Under the pieces are notes generated by a model that made no database searches, was not told the DNA's origin, and saw only the letters and a program-made list of their open reading frames with translations. The translations under genes and the position numbers were made by a program. A DNA stretch of 64,000 bases, from NCBI GenBank assembly GCA_026708545.1, contig JAPOUT010000091.1, positions 946-64,945 on the forward strand, written 5' to 3'. Position 1 is the stretch's first letter; each line of letters opens with the position of its first letter. The stretch comes from Hyphomicrobiales bacterium. Lineage in GTDB: Bacteria; Pseudomonadota; Alphaproteobacteria; JAPOUT01. Shown here piece after piece: positions 46,334 to 56,171 of this stretch.

Positions 46334-48196
46334 TTAGGAACGCCCGAACAACCGCTCGATGTCCTTGAGTTTCATCTCGATATACGTCGGACGGCCGTGA
46401 TTGCACTGCCCCGAGTGGGGAACGCGCTCCATCTCGCGCAACAGCGCGTTCATCTCCTCGCCTTTAAGGCGCCGGCCCGCGCGAACCGAACCATGGCACG
46501 CAATCGTTCCGGATATCTCGTCAAGGCGCTCCTTCAGCGCAAATGTCTCCCCTATCTCGATGAGATTGTCGGCAAGGGCGCGGACAAGCGCTTTCGCGTC
46601 AACGCTGCCGAGCAACGCGGGAGTCTCGCGCACAAGCACCGCATCCTCGCCGAATCCCTCCAGAAGCAGCCCGAGCATCTCCAGTTCCTCGCAACGCTTC
46701 AGCAGCGATTCCACCTGCGGAGGCTCCAGTTCGACAACCTCGGGAATCAGCAACAGCTGCCGCGCCACCCCCTTGTCCTTGCTCGCGGACTTCATCGCCT
46801 CGTGAACGAGGCGCTCGTGCGCCGCATGCTGGTCGACTATCACGAAACCGTCCGCCGTCTGCGCGAGGATGTAGGTCTTGTGCAACTGCGCGCGCGCCAG
46901 GCCCAGCGGCGGCATGTCGTCCTCGGAGGTCTCCAGAACCGGCGCGTCCGGGACCGGAGGCGAAAGCGAGCGGCCGTTCCCCTCGCCGAACTGCAGGCGA
47001 CTGCCATGCGCGGGCTTGGTGTAGCGTCCCTGCAAGGCGGTGCCCGGCGCATGCGGCATAAGGGGAGCGGAAGGAGTAGAAGGAACGGAAAGGACGTGCG
47101 AAGAGCCCGGATGCTCGGGCGTGAGCGTCCCGGGCTTGAACGACCCGAGAGCCTCGTCGGCGATGCGCGTCGAAGAGCGGTGCGCCTCGCCCATTAATCC
47201 CCGGCGCAAAGTCCCGACCAGCATGCCGCGCATCTTCGAGGCGTCGCGGAAACGAACCTCCGCCTTGCTCGGGTGCACGTTCATATCCACATACTGCGGC
47301 GGCATTTCCACGAACAGAACAATGTACGGATAGCGGTTGGAAACCAGAAAATCGGCATACGCGCCGCGCACGGCCCCCAGGAGTTCCTTGTCGCGCACGG
47401 GACGCCCGTTGACGAAAAGAAACTGCTGCCTGGAATTGCCCGCATGGAAAGTCGGCACGCTGATATAGCCGCGCAGCCGGATGTCGTCGCGCGTTTCATC
47501 CACCGCGATGGCGTTGTCAACGAACTCCTTTCCCATGACTTCGCGCAAACGCCCGGGCCAGGTTTCCTCGAAACCGCCCTCGTTCGCGGAACAGTTCAGC
47601 AAGGTTCGTCCGTCGGACGTTAGCTTGATCGCAATGTCGGGGCGCGACATCGCGAGACGCTTGACGACGTCCTTGACGAGATTGACTTCGGAGCGCTCGG
47701 TTTTGAGGAACTTCAGGCGCGCAGGCGTCGCATAGAAGATGTCGCGGACTTCGACATGGGTCCCCGGCGCGCCGGCTTCGGGGCGGGGCGGATGCACCGT
47801 GCCGCCCTCGACGTCGATGCGCCAGGCGGAATCCTGCCCCTTGATCCGGCTGGTAATCGAGAGCCGTGCCACCGCCCCGATGGAGGGCAGCGCCTCGCCG
47901 CGGAACCCCAGCGTCTGGACCCGCAGAATGTCTTCATAGCCTTCCTCGCCGGAGAGTTTCGATGTTGCGTGCCGCTCGATGGCCAGGGGCAGGTCGTCCT
48001 TTTCGATGCCGATGCCGTTGTCGCGCACGCAGATGCTCGTGCGGCCGCCGCCTTCAAGGGCGACTTCGATTCGCGAGGATTTTGCATCAACGGCGTTTTC
48101 CACCAACTCCTTGACGACGCTCGCGGGGCGTTCAATGACTTCACCGGCGGCAATGCGGTTGATTGCGCCTTGCGAAAGCTTGCGTATGACCGGCAT
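46334..48196 (-). CDS. mutL: DNA mismatch repair protein MutL
   Basis: N-terminal GHKL ATPase (LSQGAINRIAAGEVIERPASVVKELVENAVDA...RDNGIGI). 620 aa. Confidence 0.95.
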   Translation of the reverse strand: MPVIRKLSQGAINRIAAGEVIERPASVVKELVENAVDAKSSRIEVALEGGGRTSICVRDNGIGIEKDDLPLAIERHATSKLSGEEGYEDILRVQTLGFRGEALPSIGAVARLSITSRIKGQDSAWRIDVEGGTVHPPRPEAGAPGTHVEVRDIFYATPARLKFLKTERSEVNLVKDVVKRLAMSRPDIAIKLTSDGRTLLNCSANEGGFEETWPGRLREVMGKEFVDNAIAVDETRDDIRLRGYISVPTFHAGNSRQQFLFVNGRPVRDKELLGAVRGAYADFLVSNRYPYIVLFVEMPPQYVDMNVHPSKAEVRFRDASKMRGMLVGTLRRGLMGEAHRSSTRIADEALGSFKPGTLTPEHPGSSHVLSVPSTPSAPLMPHAPGTALQGRYTKPAHGSRLQFGEGNGRSLSPPVPDAPVLETSEDDMPPLGLARAQLHKTYILAQTADGFVIVDQHAAHERLVHEAMKSASKDKGVARQLLLIPEVVELEPPQVESLLKRCEELEMLGLLLEGFGEDAVLVRETPALLGSVDAKALVRALADNLIEIGETFALKERLDEISGTIACHGSVRAGRRLKGEEMNALLREMERVPHSGQCNHGRPTYIEMKLKDIERLFGRS

Positions 48197-48200
48197 GTCC

Positions 48201-49475
48201 TCATCCTCGTTGAAGCCGCTTAATGGTGTTGCGTTTCACTTGCTCGACGGCGGGTTGTCCGAGCGCATTGATGCCAAGCATTCGAGCGGTAACAAGAGTC
48301 TCGACCATGAAATGCATGAACAAACCTCCCAGTGCATACGCGTCAATGGCGTTCAACCGAAACCGCCGAAGCGGCGCGCCTTTCTCGACGAGAACCTCGG
48401 CGGTCGCGCACCATTGCGCCTCAACGATACAACTTAAAGTATATTCTTGCAAGCCATCTACAATCTCCGATTGTATCGGTGCCGATTCTTCCGGAGGCGG
48501 GCACAACAGCGTAAACCAGTTGCCGGCCCCCGCATCCAGCCACGCCTGCAATTGCGCATGCTGCGCGACCGGTGCAAGCGCATAATTGAGATTGGCGCGA
48601 TGCCCCTGCTTTCCCAGCGATTCCATCCACAATTGCTGGTGCCATTTGCTCGCGGATTCGAGATGGTCGGCATAAGCAAGCAATACAGCATTGTCATAAC
48701 CGGCGCGGAAAAGCCCCACCGCCGCGAGCGCGCCGCGCAACGGCGACGACAACGGCATCTCGTTCTCCGTGTCCGAGCGCATTGTTTCGAGAACCCATGC
48801 GGCTCCTTCACGCATGGGCTCGACCTCCTTGCCCATCGCCAACAATGCCGCCGCGCCGAGAGCTCCAAGCACCGAGAATCTTCCTCCCAGCAAAGGGTCA
48901 TGGTCGAACACGGGCGCGTCGAGACGCTCTGCCAAACGGCGAAGGGGAGTATCGCCGGGCTCGGTAAGAAAAGCGAAACGCTTGTGCAGTCCGCCTATAT
49001 CCCGCAAGCGCAATGCCTCGAGCGCGACAAAACTTTGCGCCAAAGTTTCGAGAGTGTTGCCGGATTTGGAAACAATGAAAAAACGCGCGCCCTCGACATC
49101 CAATCCATCAAAAAAGTCGTTGCTGGTGCGTGCATCGAGATTATCCAGAAAATGCAACCGCAACCCGTGACGATTCAAGAGATACGCCGGTGTTCCCCAT
49201 CCGTCAATCTGTGCGAGGGCCTGTGCGCCGAGACTCGATCCTCCCACTCCCAGGAAGACCAAATCCGACGCATCCGACAGCAACGTCTCCAGCATCAAAC
49301 GCAGAGGCGCAATATCATCGACGATCCCGGGAGTATGCAAAATCGCCCGCTCGCCCAATTCCTGCGTTGCCAGCAATCCCGCCGCCGCTTCACGGCTCTC
49401 CCGAGCCAAATTCCTAAGAGTCTCTTCTTTTAACGGACGGAGCGCTGTGTCGTCATGATACTCAAACGGGGACAT
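48201..49475 (-). CDS. pgi: Glucose-6-phosphate isomerase (short bacterial form)
   Basis: 424 aa. SIS-domain patterns (LGVGGSSLGAQAL..., FFIVSKSGNTLETL). Confidence 0.7.
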   Translation of the reverse strand: MSPFEYHDDTALRPLKEETLRNLARESREAAAGLLATQELGERAILHTPGIVDDIAPLRLMLETLLSDASDLVFLGVGGSSLGAQALAQIDGWGTPAYLLNRHGLRLHFLDNLDARTSNDFFDGLDVEGARFFIVSKSGNTLETLAQSFVALEALRLRDIGGLHKRFAFLTEPGDTPLRRLAERLDAPVFDHDPLLGGRFSVLGALGAAALLAMGKEVEPMREGAAWVLETMRSDTENEMPLSSPLRGALAAVGLFRAGYDNAVLLAYADHLESASKWHQQLWMESLGKQGHRANLNYALAPVAQHAQLQAWLDAGAGNWFTLLCPPPEESAPIQSEIVDGLQEYTLSCIVEAQWCATAEVLVEKGAPLRRFRLNAIDAYALGGLFMHFMVETLVTARMLGINALGQPAVEQVKRNTIKRLQRG

Positions 49476-49477
49476 GG

Positions 49478-50839
49478 CTAGGGGGCACCCGAAAGCTCCG
49501 GCTCGCCAACTATCACAACCAGCAACTTCTCAGGGTCAAGGAGACGCTGCGCCGCCCTGAAAACGTCATCGCGAGTGACCGACTCAATCAACGCGTTGCG
49601 GCGGTCTATGTAATCAATGCCAAGTTCCTCGCGCTGTATATATGAAAGCTGCAAGGCAATTTTTTCGTTGCTGTCAAAGCGCAGCGGATATGAACCGACG
49701 AGATAGGCTTTGGCATCGTCGAGTTCCTTTTGGCTGACGCCTTCCTTTTGCATGCGGGCAAGCTCAAGGCGGACTTGCTTGAGGGCTTCGCCGGCGCGGG
49801 CGTTCTCGGTTGCAAGCGAACCGGCGAACAAGGAGGCGTGATCGAGAGGGTAAAGGTAACTGTAAACCGAATACGCAAGACCGCGTTTTTCGCGAACCTC
49901 CTCGCCGAGCCGCGAGACCAAAACGCTCCCGCCAAGCACATGATTCATCACATAAGCGGCAATGAAATCAGGATCGTCACGGGTAATCCCGTCGTGACCA
50001 AATTGAATCAGGCTTTGCGGATTGGGATATTCGATAACCTCGACATGCCCGGGCGCCTGAAAAGCCGCCGCTTCGGGAGTCGCAACCTTCGCCTTTTGGG
50101 GCAGGCCGGCAAGGGCTTTCTCGAGTAGCTGCTCAAGTCTTTCCGGAGTGACGTCTCCGACGACGGTGACGCCGATGTTGTCACGTGCAAGGGCGCGAGA
50201 CATCCAGTCGCGCAAATCATCCGCTTGAATCGCTTGAACGGTCTCGGCCGTTCCACGTGTCGTGCGCGCGTAGGGATGATCGGCGAAAGCGGCCGCAAAC
50301 CACGCCCTTGAGGCAATAATTTCGGGATTTTGGAGACTCTGTTTCAAGGACGCAAGGATTTGCGCACGCACGCGCTCAAGAGCCTCTTCATCGAAACGCG
50401 GCCGCGTAAGGGCGAGCGCCAATAACTCGATCGCCTCATCGAGATTCTCCTCTAAAGTTTTAATACGGGCGCTGAAGAAATCCTTCGACGCATTGAACTC
50501 AAGGTCAATGTTCAAATCCGCAAGACGCTTTTGAAACGCCTCGCTATCGATATCGCCGGCACCCTCGTCCAGCATGCCCGAGAGCATGTATGCAAGGCCG
50601 TCGAGGCCGTCCGTCTCGCTGCTCGATCCCGCACGCCAGAAAATCTCAACAAACACAATCGGAAGCCTGTGGTCCTCAACCAGCCAAGCCTCAATGCCGC
50701 TCGGCGTTGCAATACGTTGGATTTCCATAGCCTCTCCTCGATATACTTGCAATGACATCCCCACCACCCATGCCGCCAAAAGCATGGCAAAACGAGACAT
50801 CACGTCCCTACTCACGGTTGCGAAGCGGGTAACAGCCAT
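49478..50839 (-). CDS. M16-family zinc peptidase, probable non-catalytic partner subunit
   Basis: Peptidase_M16 / M16_C architecture without the HxxEH motif. It overlaps the upstream M16 gene by 28 nt. The start is uncertain. Confidence 0.75.
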   Translation of the reverse strand: MAVTRFATVSRDVMSRFAMLLAAWVVGMSLQVYRGEAMEIQRIATPSGIEAWLVEDHRLPIVFVEIFWRAGSSSETDGLDGLAYMLSGMLDEGAGDIDSEAFQKRLADLNIDLEFNASKDFFSARIKTLEENLDEAIELLALALTRPRFDEEALERVRAQILASLKQSLQNPEIIASRAWFAAAFADHPYARTTRGTAETVQAIQADDLRDWMSRALARDNIGVTVVGDVTPERLEQLLEKALAGLPQKAKVATPEAAAFQAPGHVEVIEYPNPQSLIQFGHDGITRDDPDFIAAYVMNHVLGGSVLVSRLGEEVREKRGLAYSVYSYLYPLDHASLFAGSLATENARAGEALKQVRLELARMQKEGVSQKELDDAKAYLVGSYPLRFDSNEKIALQLSYIQREELGIDYIDRRNALIESVTRDDVFRAAQRLLDPEKLLVVIVGEPELSGAP

Positions 50840-52149
50840 CCGGTAACGGAATTCTCGGCGCGCAGATATTCCCGCGCGCTCGAAACCACCTGCGCACGAG
50901 TCGTTGAGCGCACGACTTCGGGCCAGCGCAAAACATCGCGAGGCAAAATCCCGGAGCCCCAGGACGCGCCAAAAACATAAGCTTGCTGCTGCTGGTCGTC
51001 CCAGCCGTAGATTAAATCGGCAAGATAACCGCGCCGGACGCGCTCCATCTCTTCATCCTCAACGCCCTTATCAACAAGCTCGGCAACAACCGCGTCAATG
51101 GCAGCCTCGAGCGTCTCGGGCTTGACGCCCTCGCGCGGAATGGCATAGATGCCGATGCGGCCCCGGTCGAGAAGATCGGTCGTCGCCCACGCCCCCGCGG
51201 AAACGGCAACCTTCTGCTCAACCACAAGGGCGCGGTAAAGCCGCGAAGTGGTTCCGGCGCCGAGAATCTCGGCGAGCATGTCGATGGCGGTAGCGGGCTC
51301 GAGTCCGGCGCTGTGGTAACTCTGCGCCAAATAGAGGCGTTGGAACACCGGCTGTTGTGCCCGTTCGTCCTCGTGGGCGACACGCACCGGTTCGCCGATT
51401 TCGGAAATTTCGGGGCGTTTATCGCGCACTGCCTGTTTGTTCGGCTTAATGCCGCCGTAGTAAGCCTTCGCCAATTCAAGCAGTTCATCGGGTTCGATGT
51501 CACCGGCGACAACGAGAGCCGCATTATTCGGAGCATAGAAGCGTCGATAAAATTGCAGCGCATCGCCGTCGTCGAGAGTTTCGATTTCATCGCGCCAGCC
51601 TATAATAGGGCGGCCGTACGGATGCTCGCCGTAAAGCGCGACCGTCATCTTCTCGCCGAGGAGGGCAAGCGGCTGGCTCTCAACGCGCGTACGACGTTCC
51701 TCCAAAACAACGCCGCGCTCGGGAATGATGTCCTCAAGGGAAAGTTTCAAATTCGTCATGCGGTCGGCTTCCATCTCCATCATCAACGGCAATTGCTCCT
51801 TGGCAACACGTTGGAAGTAGGCGGTATAATCATAGGAAGTGAACGCATTTCCCTTGCCGCCGTTGCGCGCAACAATATGCGAGAACTCGCCGCCCGGGAC
51901 CTTTTCGGTTCCCTTGAACATCAGATGCTCGAGAAAATGCGCAATGCCGGATTTACCCGCGGGCTCTTCGGCGGAACCAACGCGATACCACACCATGTGC
52001 GTGACAACCGGTGCACGATGGTCCGGTATGACAATCACCTCCATGCCATTGTCGAGAGTGAAGCTTTCAACGCCCTCTTGAGCCTGTACCGGAACCGCCG
52101 TCTCAAGCATCGCTATCAGCGTTGATAAGAGGAAGAGTTTGGCACGCAA
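50812..52149 (-). CDS. M16-family zinc peptidase (catalytic subunit, HFLEH motif)
   Basis: HFLEHLMFKGT inverted zinc-binding motif. The likely start is TTG 52149, giving the signal peptide MRAKLFLLSTLIAMLETAVPVQAQ. The listed start 52491 is the maximal ORF. Confidence 0.75.
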   Translation of the reverse strand: MRAKLFLLSTLIAMLETAVPVQAQEGVESFTLDNGMEVIVIPDHRAPVVTHMVWYRVGSAEEPAGKSGIAHFLEHLMFKGTEKVPGGEFSHIVARNGGKGNAFTSYDYTAYFQRVAKEQLPLMMEMEADRMTNLKLSLEDIIPERGVVLEERRTRVESQPLALLGEKMTVALYGEHPYGRPIIGWRDEIETLDDGDALQFYRRFYAPNNAALVVAGDIEPDELLELAKAYYGGIKPNKQAVRDKRPEISEIGEPVRVAHEDERAQQPVFQRLYLAQSYHSAGLEPATAIDMLAEILGAGTTSRLYRALVVEQKVAVSAGAWATTDLLDRGRIGIYAIPREGVKPETLEAAIDAVVAELVDKGVEDEEMERVRRGYLADLIYGWDDQQQQAYVFGASWGSGILPRDVLRWPEVVRSTTRAQVVSSAREYLRAENSVTGWLLPASQP

Positions 52150-52150
52150 G

Positions 52151-52660
52151 TTAGAAGAGATCCCACAAGTCCCCGAAAATACTCTCGACCTTTGCGCCCC
52201 CCTCGGTCGCACTCTTCTCAATCGCCGGAGTGCCCCCCTCCTCGCCGGTCTCGAGCCGCCTTGCCTCCCCCAGCGCGTCAACAACCGGATCGCCGCCGGC
52301 CGCGCCGCTCGCCGATGAACTACCCGGCGCAGGCGCGCTCGCACGATCTTTTTTAAGATTCTCAAGATGCTGCAAGAGCGCTTCCTCGCCGGCGGTAAGA
52401 TTGTCGCGTTTGTCGCCATCCGCGCTCTCGTCCGAATCCGCTTCCCCTTGGAAAAGCGTCTCGGCAACACCGGAATTGACAACACCCGCATTCTCTCCCG
52501 GCGGACGAAGGGTGTAGTCCGGCGGTATCACCAACGGCCGGTTGGTTGTCACGGAAAACTCATCCGGACCTCCCCGCGGAAAAGACAAAACGTTCTTGAC
52601 ATTGTCACAACCGGACAAAACCATCATCGCCAAAACAGCCACGACACAGAAATACTTTTT
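52151..52660 (-). CDS. DUF3035-like lipoprotein
   Basis: GTG 52660 is preceded by AGGAGA. Lipobox ...AMMVLSGC. Its position directly downstream of lspA is typical in alphaproteobacteria. Confidence 0.55.
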   Translation of the reverse strand, partial: KKYFCVVAVLAMMVLSGCDNVKNVLSFPRGGPDEFSVTTNRPLVIPPDYTLRPPGENAGVVNSGVAETLFQGEADSDESADGDKRDNLTAGEEALLQHLENLKKDRASAPAPGSSSASGAAGGDPVVDALGEARRLETGEEGGTPAIEKSATEGGAKVESIFGDLWDLF

Positions 52661-52667
52661 CACTCTT

Positions 52668-53174
52668 TCATCTCCTATGTTTAAACCCGGCACTATGCCA
52701 AACCAACACCGCCCCTCCAATAACGATCCAGACATCCGCTACGTTGAAAATATACCAATAAAATCCCCACGCATGGAAACTGAAAAAATCCGCCACCGCC
52801 CCAAAACGAATCCTGTCCCAGAGATTCCCGACCGCACCCCCGATCACCATCCCAAGCGCAACCGCAACAAAAACATTCCGAGTATGCGCGAGCCACACAA
52901 GCAAAATCACGATAATGCATGCGCCAATGCCGATCAGGGCGGGCTGGGCAAACCACTGGTTGGATGCAAGGATACCATAACTGATGCCCTTATTCCAAGA
53001 CAAAACGATGTCAAAGAAGGGGGTAACGGTGATTTTTGGGGGAAAACGCCCGTGGAGAAGGCCAATAAGATAGGTTTTAGAGAGGGTATCGGCCAAAAAC
53101 GCCGCCAGCGCGATTATCGCGCCAAGCGCCGAACGCCTCCCCCACAGGCGCAGCCATTCAGGACGTTTTGGCAT
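52668..53174 (-). CDS. lspA: Lipoprotein signal peptidase II
   Basis: Start at MPKRPEWLRLW (ATG 53174). Conserved NxGxAFS-like and FNVAD motifs (GAVGNLWDRIRFGAVADFF...FNVADVWI). Confidence 0.85.
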   Translation of the reverse strand: MPKRPEWLRLWGRRSALGAIIALAAFLADTLSKTYLIGLLHGRFPPKITVTPFFDIVLSWNKGISYGILASNQWFAQPALIGIGACIIVILLVWLAHTRNVFVAVALGMVIGGAVGNLWDRIRFGAVADFFSFHAWGFYWYIFNVADVWIVIGGAVLVWHSAGFKHRR

Positions 53175-56100
53175 CGAGTTTGCGGACGACATCGGCATCG
53201 CGCCTGGAAAGTTCGGGATAGTTCGGGTCTGTGCCAACTTCGGGCAAAATCTTCCAGCAGCGACGGCATTTATTACCCGTCGCCGTCTCGACGACGACGC
53301 CGATGCCGGAAACCTCGGGCAAACGGAAAGCTTCGGCGGGAGCGCCTCCTTTTTCCCACCGCGCCGAAGAGGTTATCAGCAACTCGGCGAGATCGATGCC
53401 CTCAAGGGACTTGATGTCCTCGTCGAGCTCGAGAAACAGGCATGGTGCAGCCTCCAGCGACGACCCGATTCGCTTTTCTCGACGCTCGACCTCCAACGCG
53501 CCGGTTGCAACACGGCGAAGCTGGCGAAGCCGCCTCCACTTCTCTCCGAGATTGTCATCACGCCACGAAGAAGGAGTCTCCGGAAAGATTTGCAAATGCA
53601 CGGAAGCATCGACGGCGGCATCGCCGTAACGCGAACGATAGGCTTCCTCCATGGTGAAACACAACAACGGTGCCAGCCAGCAGTTCAATCGCCGGAACAA
53701 TTCGTCCAAAAGCGTTCGGCATGACCGGCGACGCGGGTCGTCAACGGCATCGCAATAGAGCGAGTCCTTGCGCACGTCAAAATAGAACGCCGATAAATCC
53801 AACGTCATAAAATGAAAGATGTCACGGTAGGCTCTTTGAAACGCAAACTCTTTGTAATTTTCCCGCAACGATTTGTCCATTTCCCAAAGACGGTGCAGAA
53901 GCCACCGCTCGAGTTCAGGCATTTCCTTGGCGTCAATGCGCTCGCTTTCGTCGAAACCGTGGAGATTTCCCAGCATGAATCGAAATCCGTTTCGGAGCTT
54001 TCGATACGAGTCAACGCTCGACTTCAGAATTTCATTCGAAATGCGAAGTTCTTCGGTGTAGTCGGAGCCGAGCGCCCACAGACGCAGTATGTCGGCGCCA
54101 TGTTGCTCAACGACCTCTTGCGGCGCAATGGTGTTGCCCAGCGACTTCGACATTTTGCGACCTTCTCCGTCAACGACAAAACCGTGCGTGAGCACCGCGT
54201 CATAAGGGGCGCGTCCGCGTGTAGCGCAGGACTCGAGCAACGAAGACTGGAACCATCCGCGGTGTTGGTCGGTGCCCTCGAGATAAAGCGCGGCGGGCCA
54301 AGCAAGTTCCTCGCGTTGCTCGAGAACGAACGCATGCGTCGCACCGGACTCAAACCACACATCGAGAATATCGCTTACTTGCTCCCATTCTTGCGGATCG
54401 ATGCCGTCCAATCCGTCAAGGAAACGCTCCCGCGCACCGGGCGCAAACCATGCATCCGAGCCTTCGGCTTCAAAAGCGGTCTTGATGCGCTCGCGCACTT
54501 GCGTGCAGACGCCTTCTCCGTAACGCTCGACCGCCTCAAGCCCGGGGAGGACAACTCCGTTTTTATGATTGCGAAAGATTGTGAGCGGCACACCCCATGC
54601 GCGCTGCCGCGAGATGACCCAGTCGGGACGATGAGAGACCATGTCATGCAAACGGTTTTGCTCGGAATCAGGATAGAAGCGCGTTGCGCCGACCGACTTC
54701 AATGCGCGTTGTCGCAGGGAATCGCTCCCTTTCATGTTTGCAGCGGACTGATCGAGAGCGATAAACCACTGCGGCGTGTTTCGAAACAACACCGGCGTCT
54801 TCGAACGCCATGAATGCGGATATTGATGCCGCAAGGGTGCACGCGCGAGCAGCATTCCCGCGGCATCCATCGCATCAATGACGGCACCTTCGGCCTCTCC
54901 CCGCTCGCCTTCGGGGGTAAGAATGCGCTTGCCCGTGAAACCCGCCGCCGCTTCGGTGTAGACGCCGTCGGCATCAACCATCTCGGAAATATCGGAAGCA
55001 ATGCCCTCGGCTTTGCAGTACTCCATCCAAACTTCGAAGTCTTCGCGCCCGTGGCCGGGAGCCGTATGCACAAAGCCCGTACCCTCTTTGTCGGTGACAT
55101 GATCGCCGCACAGCAACGGCACATCAAAACCGTAACCGCCCAAACCGGCATCGCGAAGCGGATGCACGCACCCGCACCCGTTCGCAAGCGCCTTCCCCGA
55201 CACACTTCCGACCTCCTTGTAGTCGGCAATCTCCGCCGCCGACATCACCGCCTCGGCGCACGCCTTCGCAACCACGATGCGTCCGCCGCTGTATTCGTAG
55301 ATTCCGTAATTGAGGTCGGCGGCGCAGGCAATGGCACGGTTGGCGGGAATGGTCCAAGGCGTCGTCGTCCAAATGATCAAATGCGCTCCGCTCAGGATGT
55401 CGTCATCGGCACGCGACACCGGAAATTTCACCCAGACGCTGTTGGAAGTATACTCTTTGTATTCGACTTCGGCTTCGGCAAGCGCGGTCTTCTCGACCAC
55501 CGACCACATCACGGGCTTCGATCCTCGATACACCAGCCCGCGCATGGCAATGTCGTGGAATTCCGCGGAAATCGCCGCCTCGGATTCATACGCCATCGTC
55601 ACATACGGATGCTTCCAGTTTCCTTCGACTCCGAGACGTTTGAACTCCTGCATCTGTATCGACATCCAATGTTGCGCGAACGCCCGACATTCGGCGCGAA
55701 AATCGAGAACGGGAACGTCGTCCTTGTTGCGCCCGGAATCGCGGTATTTTTTTTCAACCTGCCATTCGATGGGGAGCCCGTGGCAATCCCACCCGGGAAC
55801 ATAGTGGCAGTCGAGATCAAGCATGTAGCGCGAACGAACAACCGCATCTTTGAGAATCTTGTTGAACGCGCTACCGATGTGGAGATGCCCGTTCGCATAC
55901 GGAGGTCCGTCGTGAAGAATGAACTTCTCGCGTCCGGATGCCTGCGCCTGCAAGCATTCCTGGAGATTAATCTCCTTCCAAAACTCGAGCAGTTCAGGCT
56001 CGAGTCGCGGGAGATTCGCCTTCATGGAGAAGTCGGTGCGAGGAAGCAGCAGCGTGTCCCGATAGTCGCGAGGTTCGCCTGGTGCCGTGTCTGATGCCAT
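53158..56100 (-). CDS. ileS: Isoleucyl-tRNA synthetase
   Basis: 980 aa. HIGH (PYANGHLHIGSAFNK) and KMSKS motifs. C-terminal zinc-binding region. Confidence 0.95.
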   Translation of the reverse strand: MASDTAPGEPRDYRDTLLLPRTDFSMKANLPRLEPELLEFWKEINLQECLQAQASGREKFILHDGPPYANGHLHIGSAFNKILKDAVVRSRYMLDLDCHYVPGWDCHGLPIEWQVEKKYRDSGRNKDDVPVLDFRAECRAFAQHWMSIQMQEFKRLGVEGNWKHPYVTMAYESEAAISAEFHDIAMRGLVYRGSKPVMWSVVEKTALAEAEVEYKEYTSNSVWVKFPVSRADDDILSGAHLIIWTTTPWTIPANRAIACAADLNYGIYEYSGGRIVVAKACAEAVMSAAEIADYKEVGSVSGKALANGCGCVHPLRDAGLGGYGFDVPLLCGDHVTDKEGTGFVHTAPGHGREDFEVWMEYCKAEGIASDISEMVDADGVYTEAAAGFTGKRILTPEGERGEAEGAVIDAMDAAGMLLARAPLRHQYPHSWRSKTPVLFRNTPQWFIALDQSAANMKGSDSLRQRALKSVGATRFYPDSEQNRLHDMVSHRPDWVISRQRAWGVPLTIFRNHKNGVVLPGLEAVERYGEGVCTQVRERIKTAFEAEGSDAWFAPGARERFLDGLDGIDPQEWEQVSDILDVWFESGATHAFVLEQREELAWPAALYLEGTDQHRGWFQSSLLESCATRGRAPYDAVLTHGFVVDGEGRKMSKSLGNTIAPQEVVEQHGADILRLWALGSDYTEELRISNEILKSSVDSYRKLRNGFRFMLGNLHGFDESERIDAKEMPELERWLLHRLWEMDKSLRENYKEFAFQRAYRDIFHFMTLDLSAFYFDVRKDSLYCDAVDDPRRRSCRTLLDELFRRLNCWLAPLLCFTMEEAYRSRYGDAAVDASVHLQIFPETPSSWRDDNLGEKWRRLRQLRRVATGALEVERREKRIGSSLEAAPCLFLELDEDIKSLEGIDLAELLITSSARWEKGGAPAEAFRLPEVSGIGVVVETATGNKCRRCWKILPEVGTDPNYPELSRRDADVVRKLDAKTS

Positions 56101-56171
56101 GATGTTTCCCTAAACGAAAGACTTGAAGGTAGTTTGTAGCACAGATGGCCGACAATTCTAAAATTCGATGT

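Noticed and set aside
54814-56094. 426-aa + ORF (also 53812..54813, 46397..47197, 48447..49433, 61462..62517, 62585..63718, 31181..32788, 38176..39012, 20456..21343)
   Set aside because: Each lies antisense to a confidently identified housekeeping gene (ileS, mutL, pgi, enolase-family, ispB, ABC ATPase/GH, AGE, glnA). No homology signal. Arg-rich.
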